Shown here piece by piece: positions 14,761-25,111 of a stretch of DNA of 32,000 nt. Position numbers and translations under genes: made by a program. Below the pieces are notes generated by a model. The model made no database searches. It was not told the origin of the DNA and worked only from the letters and a program-made list of their open reading frames with translations. The stretch comes from Thiothrix winogradskyi. Lineage in GTDB: Bacteria; Pseudomonadota; Gammaproteobacteria; Thiotrichales; Thiotrichaceae. Location: assembly GCF_021650935.1 (NCBI RefSeq), contig NZ_CP091244.1, forward strand, positions 3,305,230 to 3,337,229, read 5' to 3'. Every line of letters begins with the position of its first letter. Within the stretch, counting starts at the first letter, position 1.

Positions 14761-14837
14761 TGGTCGGGACGATAGGATTTGAACCTACGACCCCCACACC
14801 CCCAGTGTGGTGCGCTACCAGGCTGCGCTACGCCCCG
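14761..14837 (-). tRNA. tRNA-Pro (anticodon GGG)
   Basis: The reverse complement folds as a cloverleaf. The acceptor stem is CGGGGCG/CGTCCCG, the anticodon stem CCACA/TGTGG, the anticodon loop CTGGGGG, and the T-arm GTAGG-TTCAAAT-CCTAT. The 3' CCA is encoded. Confidence 0.92.
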
Positions 14838-14888
14838 ACTTGAAGGGGAGAGAGCATACCGTAATCACACCGCAAGCTCAAGCTGAAA

Positions 14889-15272
14889 TCAGTGTTTGAG
14901 GACAAACAGAATGCGTTCCAACTCTTCAACCAGCGGTGCAACGTCATTGCCATTCACCACAATCGGTTCTAATGGCAAGGTTGCAGGTGGTGGCGTATGC
15001 ACATCATCCAGCAATTTCTGCCGCGCCCCGCTAATCGTATAGCCTTGCTCATACAATAAACCGCGAATCTGGCGGATCAACAACACATCTTCGCGCTGAT
15101 AATAACGGCGATTACCACGCCGTTTCATCGGTTTGAGCGAGGGAAACTCACCCTCCCAGTAGCGCAACACATGCGTTTTTACGCCACACAAATCACTCAC
15201 CTCACCAATGGTGAAGTAACGCTTACCGGGAATGGGAGGCAGTTGACTGCTAAGCGGCGTCGCTGCTTCCAT
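14889..15272 (-). CDS. MerR-family transcriptional regulator
   Basis: [67 protein letters not shown] is a MerR helix-turn-helix domain. Its position downstream of ihfA is conserved. Confidence 0.85.
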   Translation of the reverse strand: MEAATPLSSQLPPIPGKRYFTIGEVSDLCGVKTHVLRYWEGEFPSLKPMKRRGNRRYYQREDVLLIRQIRGLLYEQGYTISGARQKLLDDVHTPPPATLPLEPIVVNGNDVAPLVEELERILFVLKH

Positions 15273-15558
15273 ATTCCTCTACCCGTTGCTTGAGTTTTTG
15301 CCCCGGACGGAACGTCACCACCCGGCGAGCCGTTACCGGAATTTCTTCCCCGGTCTTCGGATTACGCCCCGGGCGCTGGGTTTTATCACGCAACATAAAG
15401 TTACCAAAACCCGACAACTTCACATGCTTGCCGGTTTCCAAAGCATCACGGATTTCCTCAAAAAACATTTCCACCAAATCCTTGGCTTCACGTTTGTTTA
15501 AACCCAACTCTTCAAAAAGGTGTTCAACCATATCTGCTTTGGTTAATGTTATTGTCAT
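15250..15558 (-). CDS. ihfA: Integration host factor subunit alpha
   Basis: [86 protein letters not shown] is closely IHF-alpha-like. Confidence 0.95.
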   Translation of the reverse strand: MTITLTKADMVEHLFEELGLNKREAKDLVEMFFEEIRDALETGKHVKLSGFGNFMLRDKTQRPGRNPKTGEEIPVTARRVVTFRPGQKLKQRVEEYGSSDAA

Positions 15559-15573
15559 GCACTTTCTCCCTGT

Positions 15574-17961
15574 TTAACGCAACACCGCACCGACTTCATC
15601 CCGAAGTGAAGCGACGACTGCATCGACGATCTGATTGATTTCCGCATCCTCAAGAGTGCGCGAAAAATCCTGTAAAATCAAGCTTAAAGCAACGCTTTTT
15701 TGACCTTCCGGTATTCCTTTTCCAGTATAGACATCGAATAAATAATAGGACATCAATTGCGGAATTGCTGCTTTTTCTACGGCATTTTCCAATGCAACAG
15801 CCAAGGCATCCTGCCTGACCAATAAAGCCAGATCACGCCGGATTGCCGGAAACTTAGAAACTGCCTGATACTTGGGTAATACCCGCTGCATCAATAAACC
15901 CATATCCAATTCAAACACATACACAGGTTGTTCCAAACCCAACTGTGCTTCAATTTTAGGGTGCAACATCCCCATCCAACCAACCACCGCCGTATCGGTC
16001 ATGATCTGAGCAGACTGACCGGGGTGTAAAGCAGCATGGGCAACGGGTGCAAAATGGAAACGAGTACCCGTCACCTGACCTAGTAAGGCTTCCACATCCC
16101 CTTTTAGGTCGTAGAAATCCACCGGGCGGTTCACCTGCCCCCACTGTTCCGGGTAAAGATTGCCGGTCAGCACACCGGATAACATGGTTTGTTGCTGGGG
16201 CTTGCCATCTTCGCTCATCGAAAACGCGGGGCCAATTTCAAACAAACGTACACGGTTTTGTTGACGGTTCACATTATAAGCAACCGCACGCAATAAACCA
16301 GACCACAAGGTACTACGCATCACCCCCAAATCGGCAGAAATGGGGTTAGCCAAAGCAATGTTCTCTATCGCAGGCGCTAAGATTTGCTCCATTTTGGGAT
16401 CAACAAAGCTGAAGGTAACAGCCTCCTGATACCCCCGTGCTACCAATGTGTAACGCAGGTTTTCACGCTTTACGGCAGTTTCACTCGGCTGGGTAATACG
16501 CGGCGCACGCGGGCGTAATTCCGCCGGAATCGAATCGTAACCCCGTACCCGTGCCAGTTCTTCGATCAAATCTTCTTCGATATTCAAATCGAAACGTGCC
16601 AACGGCGCTTGCACCTGCCAACCTGCATCGCTACTGGTGAAAGAGCAATTCAAACGTGCTAACACGCCTTCAACCGTCGCCGCATCCATCGTCACGCCTA
16701 ACACACGGCGGATACGTTCAGGGCGTAACACAATCGTTTTGCGTTGCAATACCTCAGCATCCGCCAGCGTATCCACCAAGGTACCGACTTCGCCACCGCA
16801 AATGCTCACGATCAACTGTGTCGCACGTTCCATTGCCTTAACCGGCATATCGGGGTCAACCCCACGCTCAAAACGCGCCGAAGAATCGGTTTGCAAGCCG
16901 TAGCTACGCGCCTTACCCATGATACTGGCAGGGCGGAAATGCGCACTTTCTAGGAACACATTGCGTGTCGCAGCCGTCACTGACGTAGGTTCTCCGCCCA
17001 TAATGCCCGCCATTGCCACCGGCTGGGCTGCATCAGCAATCACCAGTGTATCATCGCGCAAGGTGGCGGTTTGCCCATCCAGCATTTTCAGGGTTTCGTT
17101 TGCCTTGGCATAACGCACCACAATGCTACCTTGCAGCGTATCGAGGTCGAAAGCGTGCATTGGTTGACCGAGTTCCAGCAACACATAATTAGTCACATCG
17201 ACCATAGCAGAAATGCTGCGCACACCGGCACGGCGCAGTTTTTCCTGCATCCACACCGGGGTAGCGGCTTGTGGGTTGATATTGCGGATGATGCGTCCGA
17301 CATAACGTGGGCAAGCATCCGTCGCTTGCAGTTCAACCGGGAATGTATCGGTATGCTGGGCGGTTTGCGCAGGAATTTCCGGCACGTTGAGGGGCACATC
17401 CATCACCAAGGCGGTTTCACGCGCCACGCCGATCATGCTCATGCAATCGCCACGGTTCGCGGTAATCGCCAGCTCAATCACTTCGTCGTCGAGCTTTAAA
17501 TACTCGCGGATGTCCATGCCCACGGGCGCATCATCCGGCAATTCCAACAAACCATCAGATTTGTCCGACATGCCCAATTCGGTCGAGGAGCACAACATGC
17601 CGAACGATTCCACACCGCGCAGCTTGCCTTTTTTGATCTTTAAATCCGAGCCATCCGGCAATGGCAAGACTGCGCCGATCAGTGCCAACGGCACTTTAAT
17701 GCCTGCACGCACGTTGCTTGCACCGCAAACGATTTGCAGAATTTCGCCACGCCCATTGTCGACTTTGCAGACGCTGAGCTTATCGGCATCGGGGTGTTTT
17801 TCGCGCTCAACAACGTGACCCACCAGGATGCTGGTGAACGCGGTGGCTACGGCATCACGCGCTTCCACTTCGCAGCCCGACATGGTGAGTTTGTCGGCTA
17901 TTGCATCTAACGTCAGCGGGGTATCAATCCACTCACGCAGCCATTTTTCACTGACTTTCAT
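15574..17961 (-). CDS. pheT: Phenylalanine--tRNA ligase beta subunit
   Basis: The 795-aa ORF begins MKVSEKWLREWI and has an N-terminal tRNA-binding domain plus B3/4 and B5 regions. It sits downstream of pheS. Confidence 0.95.
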   Translation of the reverse strand: MKVSEKWLREWIDTPLTLDAIADKLTMSGCEVEARDAVATAFTSILVGHVVEREKHPDADKLSVCKVDNGRGEILQIVCGASNVRAGIKVPLALIGAVLPLPDGSDLKIKKGKLRGVESFGMLCSSTELGMSDKSDGLLELPDDAPVGMDIREYLKLDDEVIELAITANRGDCMSMIGVARETALVMDVPLNVPEIPAQTAQHTDTFPVELQATDACPRYVGRIIRNINPQAATPVWMQEKLRRAGVRSISAMVDVTNYVLLELGQPMHAFDLDTLQGSIVVRYAKANETLKMLDGQTATLRDDTLVIADAAQPVAMAGIMGGEPTSVTAATRNVFLESAHFRPASIMGKARSYGLQTDSSARFERGVDPDMPVKAMERATQLIVSICGGEVGTLVDTLADAEVLQRKTIVLRPERIRRVLGVTMDAATVEGVLARLNCSFTSSDAGWQVQAPLARFDLNIEEDLIEELARVRGYDSIPAELRPRAPRITQPSETAVKRENLRYTLVARGYQEAVTFSFVDPKMEQILAPAIENIALANPISADLGVMRSTLWSGLLRAVAYNVNRQQNRVRLFEIGPAFSMSEDGKPQQQTMLSGVLTGNLYPEQWGQVNRPVDFYDLKGDVEALLGQVTGTRFHFAPVAHAALHPGQSAQIMTDTAVVGWMGMLHPKIEAQLGLEQPVYVFELDMGLLMQRVLPKYQAVSKFPAIRRDLALLVRQDALAVALENAVEKAAIPQLMSYYLFDVYTGKGIPEGQKSVALSLILQDFSRTLEDAEINQIVDAVVASLRDEVGAVLR

Positions 17962-17979
17962 AAGGTTACTCCGCCTTGT

Positions 17980-19119
<1,140 letters not shown>

Positions 19120-19129
19120 TTAATGCAGC

Positions 19130-19489
19130 TTAAGCAGCTAGGGCAGCTTTTGCCTTTTCTGCGACTGCACCGAACGCCGTGATGTCGTGGACTGCCAAAT
19201 CAGCCAAGACCTTACGGTCAAGACTAATGTTAGCTTTCTTCAAACCATTCATCATGCGGCTGTAAGACAGACCGAACATCCGTGCACCGGCATTGATACG
19301 CACGATCCACAAAGCGCGGAACTGGCGTTTTTTCTGACGGCGGTCGCGGAATGCGTATTGACCAGCCTTGATGACTGCCTGATGCGCAACCCGGTAGACC
19401 CGGCTGCGGGCACCGTAGTAACCTTTAGCCAGCTTGAGGACTTTCTTGTGACGGGCATGTGCCGTTACACCACGTTTAACTCTTGCCAT
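19130..19489 (-). CDS. rplT: 50S ribosomal protein L20
   Basis: [35 protein letters not shown]... is canonical L20. Confidence 0.97.
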   Translation of the reverse strand: MARVKRGVTAHARHKKVLKLAKGYYGARSRVYRVAHQAVIKAGQYAFRDRRQKKRQFRALWIVRINAGARMFGLSYSRMMNGLKKANISLDRKVLADLAVHDITAFGAVAEKAKAALAA

Positions 19490-19506
19490 GTTTTAAATCC
19501 TCCTGA

Positions 19507-19707
19507 TTATGCGTAGGGCAGCATTTTTTGCACATTGCCGTGATCGGCTGCAACAACGAAGTTGTCGCCTGAACGCAAATGACGCTTACGCTTGGTGGAT
19601 TTTTTAGTCAAGATATGACGCAGGTGTGACTGCTTGCGTTTAAACAAGCCACTGCCGGTTTTCTTGAAACGCTTAGCCGCAGCACGGCTACTTTTCATCT
19701 TAGGCAT
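19507..19707 (-). CDS. rpmI: 50S ribosomal protein L35
   Basis: [44 protein letters not shown] is canonical L35. ATG 19707 is preceded by an AAGGAGA ribosome-binding site. The ORF-track N-terminal extension is rejected. Confidence 0.95.
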   Translation of the reverse strand: MPKMKSSRAAAKRFKKTGSGLFKRKQSHLRHILTKKSTKRKRHLRSGDNFVVAADHGNVQKMLPYA

Positions 19708-19738
19708 CTTGGTCTCCTTTTCGATCAGGTAGATAAAA

Positions 19739-19771
19739 CATCCTGCAAGAGTGCCTTGCCTTAACAGGATG
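19739..19771 (-). promoter_or_regulatory. Structured rpmI leader hairpin (candidate L20 translational operator)
   Basis: CATCCTG...CAGGATG forms the outer stem and CAAG/CTTG the inner stem. The hairpin ends about 30 nt upstream of the rpmI start. Confidence 0.3.
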
Positions 19772-19800
19772 GTGTTGGGGAATACCCCCAATTTTTATGC

Positions 19801-20331
19801 TTAGGCTTTTTTCTTCGCGCCCAACATCATGACCATTTGACGGCCTTCCAGACGCGGGAATTGCTCGACAACCGCCAGTTCTTCCAGCTCTTTTTCAACA
19901 CGCTTGAGAACATCCATCCCCAGCTCTTTGTGAGCCATTTCACGGCCTTTGAAGCGCAGGGTGACTTTAACCTTATCGCCCTCTTCCAGAAACTCTTTCA
20001 GTTTGCGCAATTTGATCTGGTAATCGCCTTCATCCGTTGCCGGACGCATCTTGATTTCCTTGACCTGCACTTGTTTCTGGTTTTTACGGGCTATCGCCGC
20101 TTTCTTACTTTCATCGAAACGGAATTTACCGTAATCCATGATCCGGCAAACCGGTGGCTTCGCATTGGGTACGATTTCCACCAGGTCGAGTTCGGCGTCG
20201 TAAGCCATTTCCAGCGCGTCCCGCAGGGAGACAACACCTTGATTTTCACCTTCCGCATCAATCAGACGAATTTTCGGAACGTTAATATCGTCATTAATAC
20301 GGTGTTCTTTTTCGAGAGCGATAAGTTTAAT
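19801..20331 (-). CDS. infC: Translation initiation factor IF-3 with a non-canonical start
   Basis: The sequence is IF-3-like from [26 protein letters not shown] to the C-terminus. No ATG, GTG or TTG lies in frame between the thrS stop and the conserved region. ATT at 20331-20329 overlaps the thrS TAA. ATC 20322 is an alternative start. Confidence 0.9.
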   Translation of the reverse strand: MKLIALEKEHRINDDINVPKIRLIDAEGENQGVVSLRDALEMAYDAELDLVEIVPNAKPPVCRIMDYGKFRFDESKKAAIARKNQKQVQVKEIKMRPATDEGDYQIKLRKLKEFLEEGDKVKVTLRFKGREMAHKELGMDVLKRVEKELEELAVVEQFPRLEGRQMVMMLGAKKKA

Positions 20332-22255
20332 CCTCAGATAGTGATAAGCGACGTGACGCAATTTCCGCTGACAGACGTTGCTGGACTTCCGCCAATGGGA
20401 AGGTTCCTACGTCTTTACCGGAACGTGTGCGCATAGCCACAGATTGTGTTTCCACTTCGCGATCCCCGACTACTAACAGGTACGGGACACGCTGCATAGT
20501 GTGCTCACGGATTTTAAAGCCAATTTTTTCATTTCTCAAGTCTGATACGGCGCGAATACCCGCGTCAAGCAATTGCTTAGTGGCATCTTGCACGAAATCG
20601 GCTTGTTTGTCCGTGATATTCATCACGACAGCTTGCGTTGGTGCTAACCAGAGCGGGAAACGCCCTTCGTAATGTTCAATCAGAATGCCGGTGAAGCGTT
20701 CCAATGAACCGAACAGCGCACGGTGCAACATGACCGGACGTTTACGGGTATTGTCTTCCGCCACGTAAGTCAGGTCAAAGCGTTCTGGCAAGCTCATATC
20801 CACTTGCAAAGTGCCGCACTGCCAATCACGACCGATGGCATCACGCAACACGAATTCCAGTTTAGGGCCGTAAAATGCACCTTCGCCGGGGAACAGCGTG
20901 TACGGCAGATTCATGCTATCCAGTGCATTGCCGAGGGCGTGTTCCAACAAATCCCAGCTCTCATCCGAACCGATGCGGTTTTCAGGGCGAGTCGAGAGTT
21001 TGATGTGCACATTTTCAAAGCCAAATTCTTTGTAAATGTCGAGCACTAACGCCACCACGTCTTTGCACTCTTGCGCCATTTGGTCTTCAGTACAGAAGAT
21101 ATGTGCATCATCCTGCGTGAAGTGACGCACTCGCATTAATCCGTGCAATGCGCCGGACGGTTCGTAGCGGTGTACTTTACCGAATTCAGCCATCCGCAAT
21201 GGCAGGTCACGGTAGCTTTTCAAGCCCTGTGAAAACATCAACATACCGCCGGGGCAGTTCATGGGTTTCAGGGCGAAAACGCGCTCGTCTTCAGTCGTGG
21301 TGGTGAACATATTGTCACGGTAGTTGAACCAGTGACCGGAGGTTTCCCACAGGCTACGATCCATGACATCCGGGGTATTCACCTCAACGTAACCTGCGCG
21401 TTGCTGGCGTTGACGCATGTAGCCAATCAAGGCTTGGAATACTGTCCAGCCTTTAGGATGCCAGAAGACTGCACCGGGGGCTTGTTCGTCGAAATGGAAC
21501 AAATCCAGTTGGCGACCAAGTTTACGATGATCACGCTTTTCAGCCTCTTCCAACATCGTCAGGTAGGCTTGCAAATCTTTTTTGTTTGCCCACGCCGTGC
21601 CGTAAATGCGTTGCAGCATTTCGTTGTTGGAATTGCCACGCCAGTACGCACCTGCCACCTTCATCACTTTGACGGAGGGGATTTTGCCCGTGCTAGGAAC
21701 GTGGGGACCACGGCACAAGTCGATAAAATCGCCTTGACGGTAGAGGGAGAGCGTTTGGTCGGCGGGAATGCTTTCGATGATTTCCGCTTTGTACTTTTCA
21801 CCCATGTTCAGGAAGAAGCTCACGGCTTCATCGCGTGACAGGGTTCTGCGCTCAACGGGGATGTCTTGCTTGATTAAATCTTGCATCCGCGCATCAATCG
21901 CCTGTAAATCTTCGGGCGTGAACGGGCGTGGGGAGGCAAAATCGTAGTAAAAGCCGTTTTCGACCGTGGGGCCAATGGTGACTTGTACTTCAGGGAATAA
22001 TTGTTTGACCGCTTGAGCCATCAAATGCGCGGCGGAATGGCGGATAATATCCACGCCTTCGGCATCTTTTGCGGTGATGATACTCAGGGAAACATCGTGA
22101 TCAATGACATAGCTGGCATCAACCAATTGATCGTTTACTTTGCCAGCCAAGGTAGCTTTAGCCAGACCTGCGCCAATATCGGCAGCAACGGCAAGCACAG
22201 AAAGCGGGGCATCGTAAATACGTTGACTTGCGTCGGGAAGAGTAATAATAGGCAT
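20327..22255 (-). CDS. thrS: Threonine--tRNA ligase
   Basis: [15 protein letters not shown]...[31 protein letters not shown]...GFYYDF closely parallels E. coli ThrRS. Confidence 0.97.
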   Translation of the reverse strand: MPIITLPDASQRIYDAPLSVLAVAADIGAGLAKATLAGKVNDQLVDASYVIDHDVSLSIITAKDAEGVDIIRHSAAHLMAQAVKQLFPEVQVTIGPTVENGFYYDFASPRPFTPEDLQAIDARMQDLIKQDIPVERRTLSRDEAVSFFLNMGEKYKAEIIESIPADQTLSLYRQGDFIDLCRGPHVPSTGKIPSVKVMKVAGAYWRGNSNNEMLQRIYGTAWANKKDLQAYLTMLEEAEKRDHRKLGRQLDLFHFDEQAPGAVFWHPKGWTVFQALIGYMRQRQQRAGYVEVNTPDVMDRSLWETSGHWFNYRDNMFTTTTEDERVFALKPMNCPGGMLMFSQGLKSYRDLPLRMAEFGKVHRYEPSGALHGLMRVRHFTQDDAHIFCTEDQMAQECKDVVALVLDIYKEFGFENVHIKLSTRPENRIGSDESWDLLEHALGNALDSMNLPYTLFPGEGAFYGPKLEFVLRDAIGRDWQCGTLQVDMSLPERFDLTYVAEDNTRKRPVMLHRALFGSLERFTGILIEHYEGRFPLWLAPTQAVVMNITDKQADFVQDATKQLLDAGIRAVSDLRNEKIGFKIREHTMQRVPYLLVVGDREVETQSVAMRTRSGKDVGTFPLAEVQQRLSAEIASRRLSLSED

Positions 22256-22317
22256 ATTGTGCTCCAGTGGTGGCCTATACGAGGGGTCACGTGGTTATAG
22301 TGGTTGTAATATGAAAG

Positions 22318-22394
22318 TGGTAGGCGTAATTGGACTCGAACCAACGACCCCCACCATGTCAAGGTGGTGCTCTAACCAACTGAGCTATACGCCT
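22318..22394 (-). tRNA. tRNA-Val (anticodon GAC)
   Basis: The reverse complement is AGGCGTATAGCTCAGTTGGTTAGAGCACCACCTTGACATGGTGGGGGTCGTTGGTTCGAGTCCAATTACGCCTACCA. It forms a cloverleaf with anticodon loop TTGACAT. Confidence 0.92.
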
Positions 22395-22489
22395 GTCGCT
22401 GAAGGAGGCAGAGTATAGCGTTATTAAAATCAAACGCAAGATTTTTTTGTACTGGCGTGACGGGTACACTGCAAAAATCATCAATACCC

Positions 22490-22517
22490 CTTGAAATCCT
22501 CCTGCCATCCCCCATCT
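22490..22517 (+). promoter_or_regulatory. Sigma-32 (RpoH) heat-shock promoter of htpG
   Basis: CCCTTGAAA (the -35 element, CTTGAAA at 22490-22496), a 13-nt spacer, then CCCCATCT (the -10 element, 22510-22517). It lies 42 nt upstream of the htpG ATG. Confidence 0.75.
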
Positions 22518-22558
22518 TGCCGACATCGAAATATACAAGATATGAGGACGCATACCCC

Positions 22559-24448
22559 ATGACGGCAACAAGCAACAAAGAAAACCTGCAATTTCAAACC
22601 GAAGTGAATCAACTGTTACACCTGATGATTCACTCGCTGTATTCCAACAAAGAAATTTTCCTGCGCGAACTCATTTCCAACGGTTCGGATGCGTGCGACA
22701 AGCTGCGTTTTGAAGCCATCGGCAACGATAGCCTTTACGAAACCGACAGCGAATTGCGCGTAGAAGTCGAATTCGACGCGGCAGCAGGCACGATCACTGT
22801 GCGCGACAACGGTATCGGCATGAGCCGCGATGAAGTCGTGACCAATATCGGCACGATTGCCAAATCCGGCACCAAAGAATTCTTGAGCAAACTGACCGGC
22901 GATGAGAAAAAAGACTCGCACATGATCGGGCAGTTCGGGGTAGGTTTCTACGCCTCCTTCATCGTTGCCGACAAAGTAACGCTAACCACGCGCCGCGCTG
23001 GGGATGCCGCTTCCGAAGGCGTGCGCTGGGAATCGGATGCGCAATCTGGCTACTCACTGGAACAAGTCGAAAAAGCTACCCGTGGTACAGAAATCGTCCT
23101 GCACTTGAAAGAAGACGAAAAGCTGCTGGCAGACGGCTGGCGTTTACGCAATATCATCCGCCAATATTCCGACCACATCCCACTGCCGGTAAACATGCGC
23201 AAAACCGAAGCCGGTGAAATCCAAGATGAATGGGAAACCGTCAACAAAGCCAACGCGCTGTGGACACGCGCCAAATCCGAAGTGAAGGACGAGGAATACC
23301 AAGAATTCTACAAGCACGTTTCGCACGACTGGGAAGACGCGCTGGCATGGTCACACAACCGCGTCGAAGGCAAATACGAATACACGTCCCTGCTGTACCT
23401 GCCTTCCAAAGCCCCGTTCGACATGTTCGACCGCGATAACACCCACGGCTTGAAGCTTTACGTACAGCGCGTTTTCATTATGGAAGACAAAGAATTCAAG
23501 CTGATGCCACGCTATTTGCGTTTCGTGCGCGGTGTGCTGGATTCCAACGACCTGCCGCTGAACGTATCGCGTGAAATCCTGCAAGGCAACAAAATCATCG
23601 AGAACATGAAAAATGCTTCGGTGAAAAAAGTCATTGGTTTGCTGGAAAACATGATTGCCAACGAGCCAGACAAGTACCAAAAATTCTGGAAAGAATTCGG
23701 CAAAGTCCTCAAAGAAGGCCCAGGCGAAGACTTCAGCAACCGCGAACAAATCGCCAAACTGCTGCGTTTTGCCTCCACAAACAACGATAGTGCTGAACAA
23801 ACCGTTTCCTTGCCGGACTACATGGCTCGCATGAAAGAAGGTCAGGACAAAATCTACTACATCACTGCCGACAGCCACACCGCTGCGAAAAACAGCCCAC
23901 ATCTGGAAGTGTTCCGCAAAAAAGGCATCGAAGTGCTGTTACTGTCTGACCGCGTAGACGAATGGCTGGTACAGCATTTGATGGAATTTGAAGGCAAATC
24001 GCTGCAATCCGTCGCCAAAGGCAACCTTGACCTTTCCAAACTCGAAAGCGAGGAAGATAAAAAAGAACAAGAAAAAATCGAGGCAGAAGCCAAAAACATG
24101 GTCGAACACATCAAAACGGCATTGGGCGAAAAAGTCGGCGAAGTGCGCGTATCGCACCGTCTGACCACCTCACCATCGTGCATCGTGCTAAACGACCACG
24201 ACATGGCGTTGTACATGCAGCAATTGATGAAACAAGCCGGTCACGAAATGCCTGACACCAAGCCTGCGCTGGAAATCAACCCAACACATCCGTTGCTCAA
24301 GCGCATGGAAGCCGAAACCGATGACGAGCGTTTTGGCGAATGGTCAAGCATCTTACTCGATCAGGCAATTCTGGCAGAAGGCGGACAACTCGACGATCCG
24401 GCAGGCTTTGTTAACCGCTTGAATAAGCTGATGTTGGCAATGGGTTAA
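22559..24448 (+). CDS. htpG: Molecular chaperone HtpG (Hsp90)
   Basis: [34 protein letters not shown] is nearly identical to the E. coli HtpG N-terminus. The start was moved to ATG 22559; the ORF-track start at 22457 lies upstream of the promoter. Confidence 0.96.
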   Translation: MTATSNKENLQFQTEVNQLLHLMIHSLYSNKEIFLRELISNGSDACDKLRFEAIGNDSLYETDSELRVEVEFDAAAGTITVRDNGIGMSRDEVVTNIGTIAKSGTKEFLSKLTGDEKKDSHMIGQFGVGFYASFIVADKVTLTTRRAGDAASEGVRWESDAQSGYSLEQVEKATRGTEIVLHLKEDEKLLADGWRLRNIIRQYSDHIPLPVNMRKTEAGEIQDEWETVNKANALWTRAKSEVKDEEYQEFYKHVSHDWEDALAWSHNRVEGKYEYTSLLYLPSKAPFDMFDRDNTHGLKLYVQRVFIMEDKEFKLMPRYLRFVRGVLDSNDLPLNVSREILQGNKIIENMKNASVKKVIGLLENMIANEPDKYQKFWKEFGKVLKEGPGEDFSNREQIAKLLRFASTNNDSAEQTVSLPDYMARMKEGQDKIYYITADSHTAAKNSPHLEVFRKKGIEVLLLSDRVDEWLVQHLMEFEGKSLQSVAKGNLDLSKLESEEDKKEQEKIEAEAKNMVEHIKTALGEKVGEVRVSHRLTTSPSCIVLNDHDMALYMQQLMKQAGHEMPDTKPALEINPTHPLLKRMEAETDDERFGEWSSILLDQAILAEGGQLDDPAGFVNRLNKLMLAMG

Positions 24449-24496
24449 GAACCCCTCACCCCAACCCCTCTCCCTCAAGGGGCGAGGGGCTAGATA

Positions 24497-24522
24497 AAAG
24501 CCCCGTTATTGGGGCTTTTTTG
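24497..24522 (+). terminator. Rho-independent terminator of htpG
   Basis: AAAAGCCCC-gttatt-GGGGCTTTTTT. Confidence 0.75.
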
Positions 24523-24679
24523 TGTCCCGACGCTTTTCGATAAAAATTTCTAATGAATCTGCTCTGAAACTGTTTCATTCATCACACAACTTTGCTCTAA
24601 TAGCACAATCGTCATTCTCATACAAAAATCTAATGAATGATGTATGGCTACCCCGTATTTCCTTTGTCGAGTCAGCAAC

Positions 24680-25096
24680 ATGGCTATTTACCGATTGTTA
24701 ATCTGCGCAACCCTTTTGGTGAGCCTAAACGGCTGTCAATCCAGCACCAGCGACTGCCCGCCTGTCCCTCTTGCCAAACAAGATGCAGCAAGTGAAACAT
24801 TGCCCCAACAGCTTCAGCAGCAACAGCTTACCCTCGAAACGTTGCAAGCCAAATTGAATGACACGGAACAACGTCTGCAACAAAACCAGCAACAGCTTGC
24901 CGATAAAACCCAGCAACTGGATGCGCTAACCCAAGACAAGAGTGCCCAGCAAGTCGCCACCACCACCAGCACGCTCACCGACTTAGAAGAGCAGCTAGCG
25001 AAACAGCAACAAGAAATCGAGCGCTTGAATACCGCACTGCGCCAAGCCGAGGATGCCAAGGCAGCCGTTGCCCCTGCATCCATGCCCGCATACTAA
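24680..25096 (+). CDS. Q-rich coiled-coil lipoprotein (138 aa)
   Basis: MAIYRLLICATLLVSLNGC has a signal peptide and a lipobox-like LNGC. The rest is Q/L-rich heptad-like sequence. The gene ends 15 nt before the giant ORF. Confidence 0.6.
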   Translation: MAIYRLLICATLLVSLNGCQSSTSDCPPVPLAKQDAASETLPQQLQQQQLTLETLQAKLNDTEQRLQQNQQQLADKTQQLDALTQDKSAQQVATTTSTLTDLEEQLAKQQQEIERLNTALRQAEDAKAAVAPASMPAY

Positions 25097-25111
25097 CAAC
25101 GAGGGTAAACC

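Noticed and set aside
15956-17818. Multiple 60-143-aa ORFs on both strands inside pheT (e.g. 17071-17499, 17387-17818)
   Set aside because: They overlap the conserved pheT reading frame and have no recognisable motifs. They are shadow ORFs.
19708-19791. N-terminal 28-aa extension of rpmI
   Set aside because: Canonical L35 begins MPKMK at 19707 with an AAGGAGA ribosome-binding site. The extension covers the structured leader.
19837-20436. 199-aa plus-strand ORF
   Set aside because: It is entirely antisense to infC and thrS, which are strongly conserved. This is typical shadow-ORF composition.
22457-22558. N-terminal 34-aa extension of htpG
   Set aside because: It begins upstream of the sigma-32 promoter and is not conserved. 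The HtpG consensus starts just after ATG 22559.
22359-22578. 68-70-aa minus-strand ORFs between tRNA-Val and htpG
   Set aside because: They overlap the tRNA gene and the htpG promoter and 5' end, and have no coding signals.
22616-24216. Minus-strand ORFs inside htpG (e.g. 23351-23902, 183 aa)
   Set aside because: They are antisense to a highly conserved chaperone gene, and the peptides are low-complexity or atypical.
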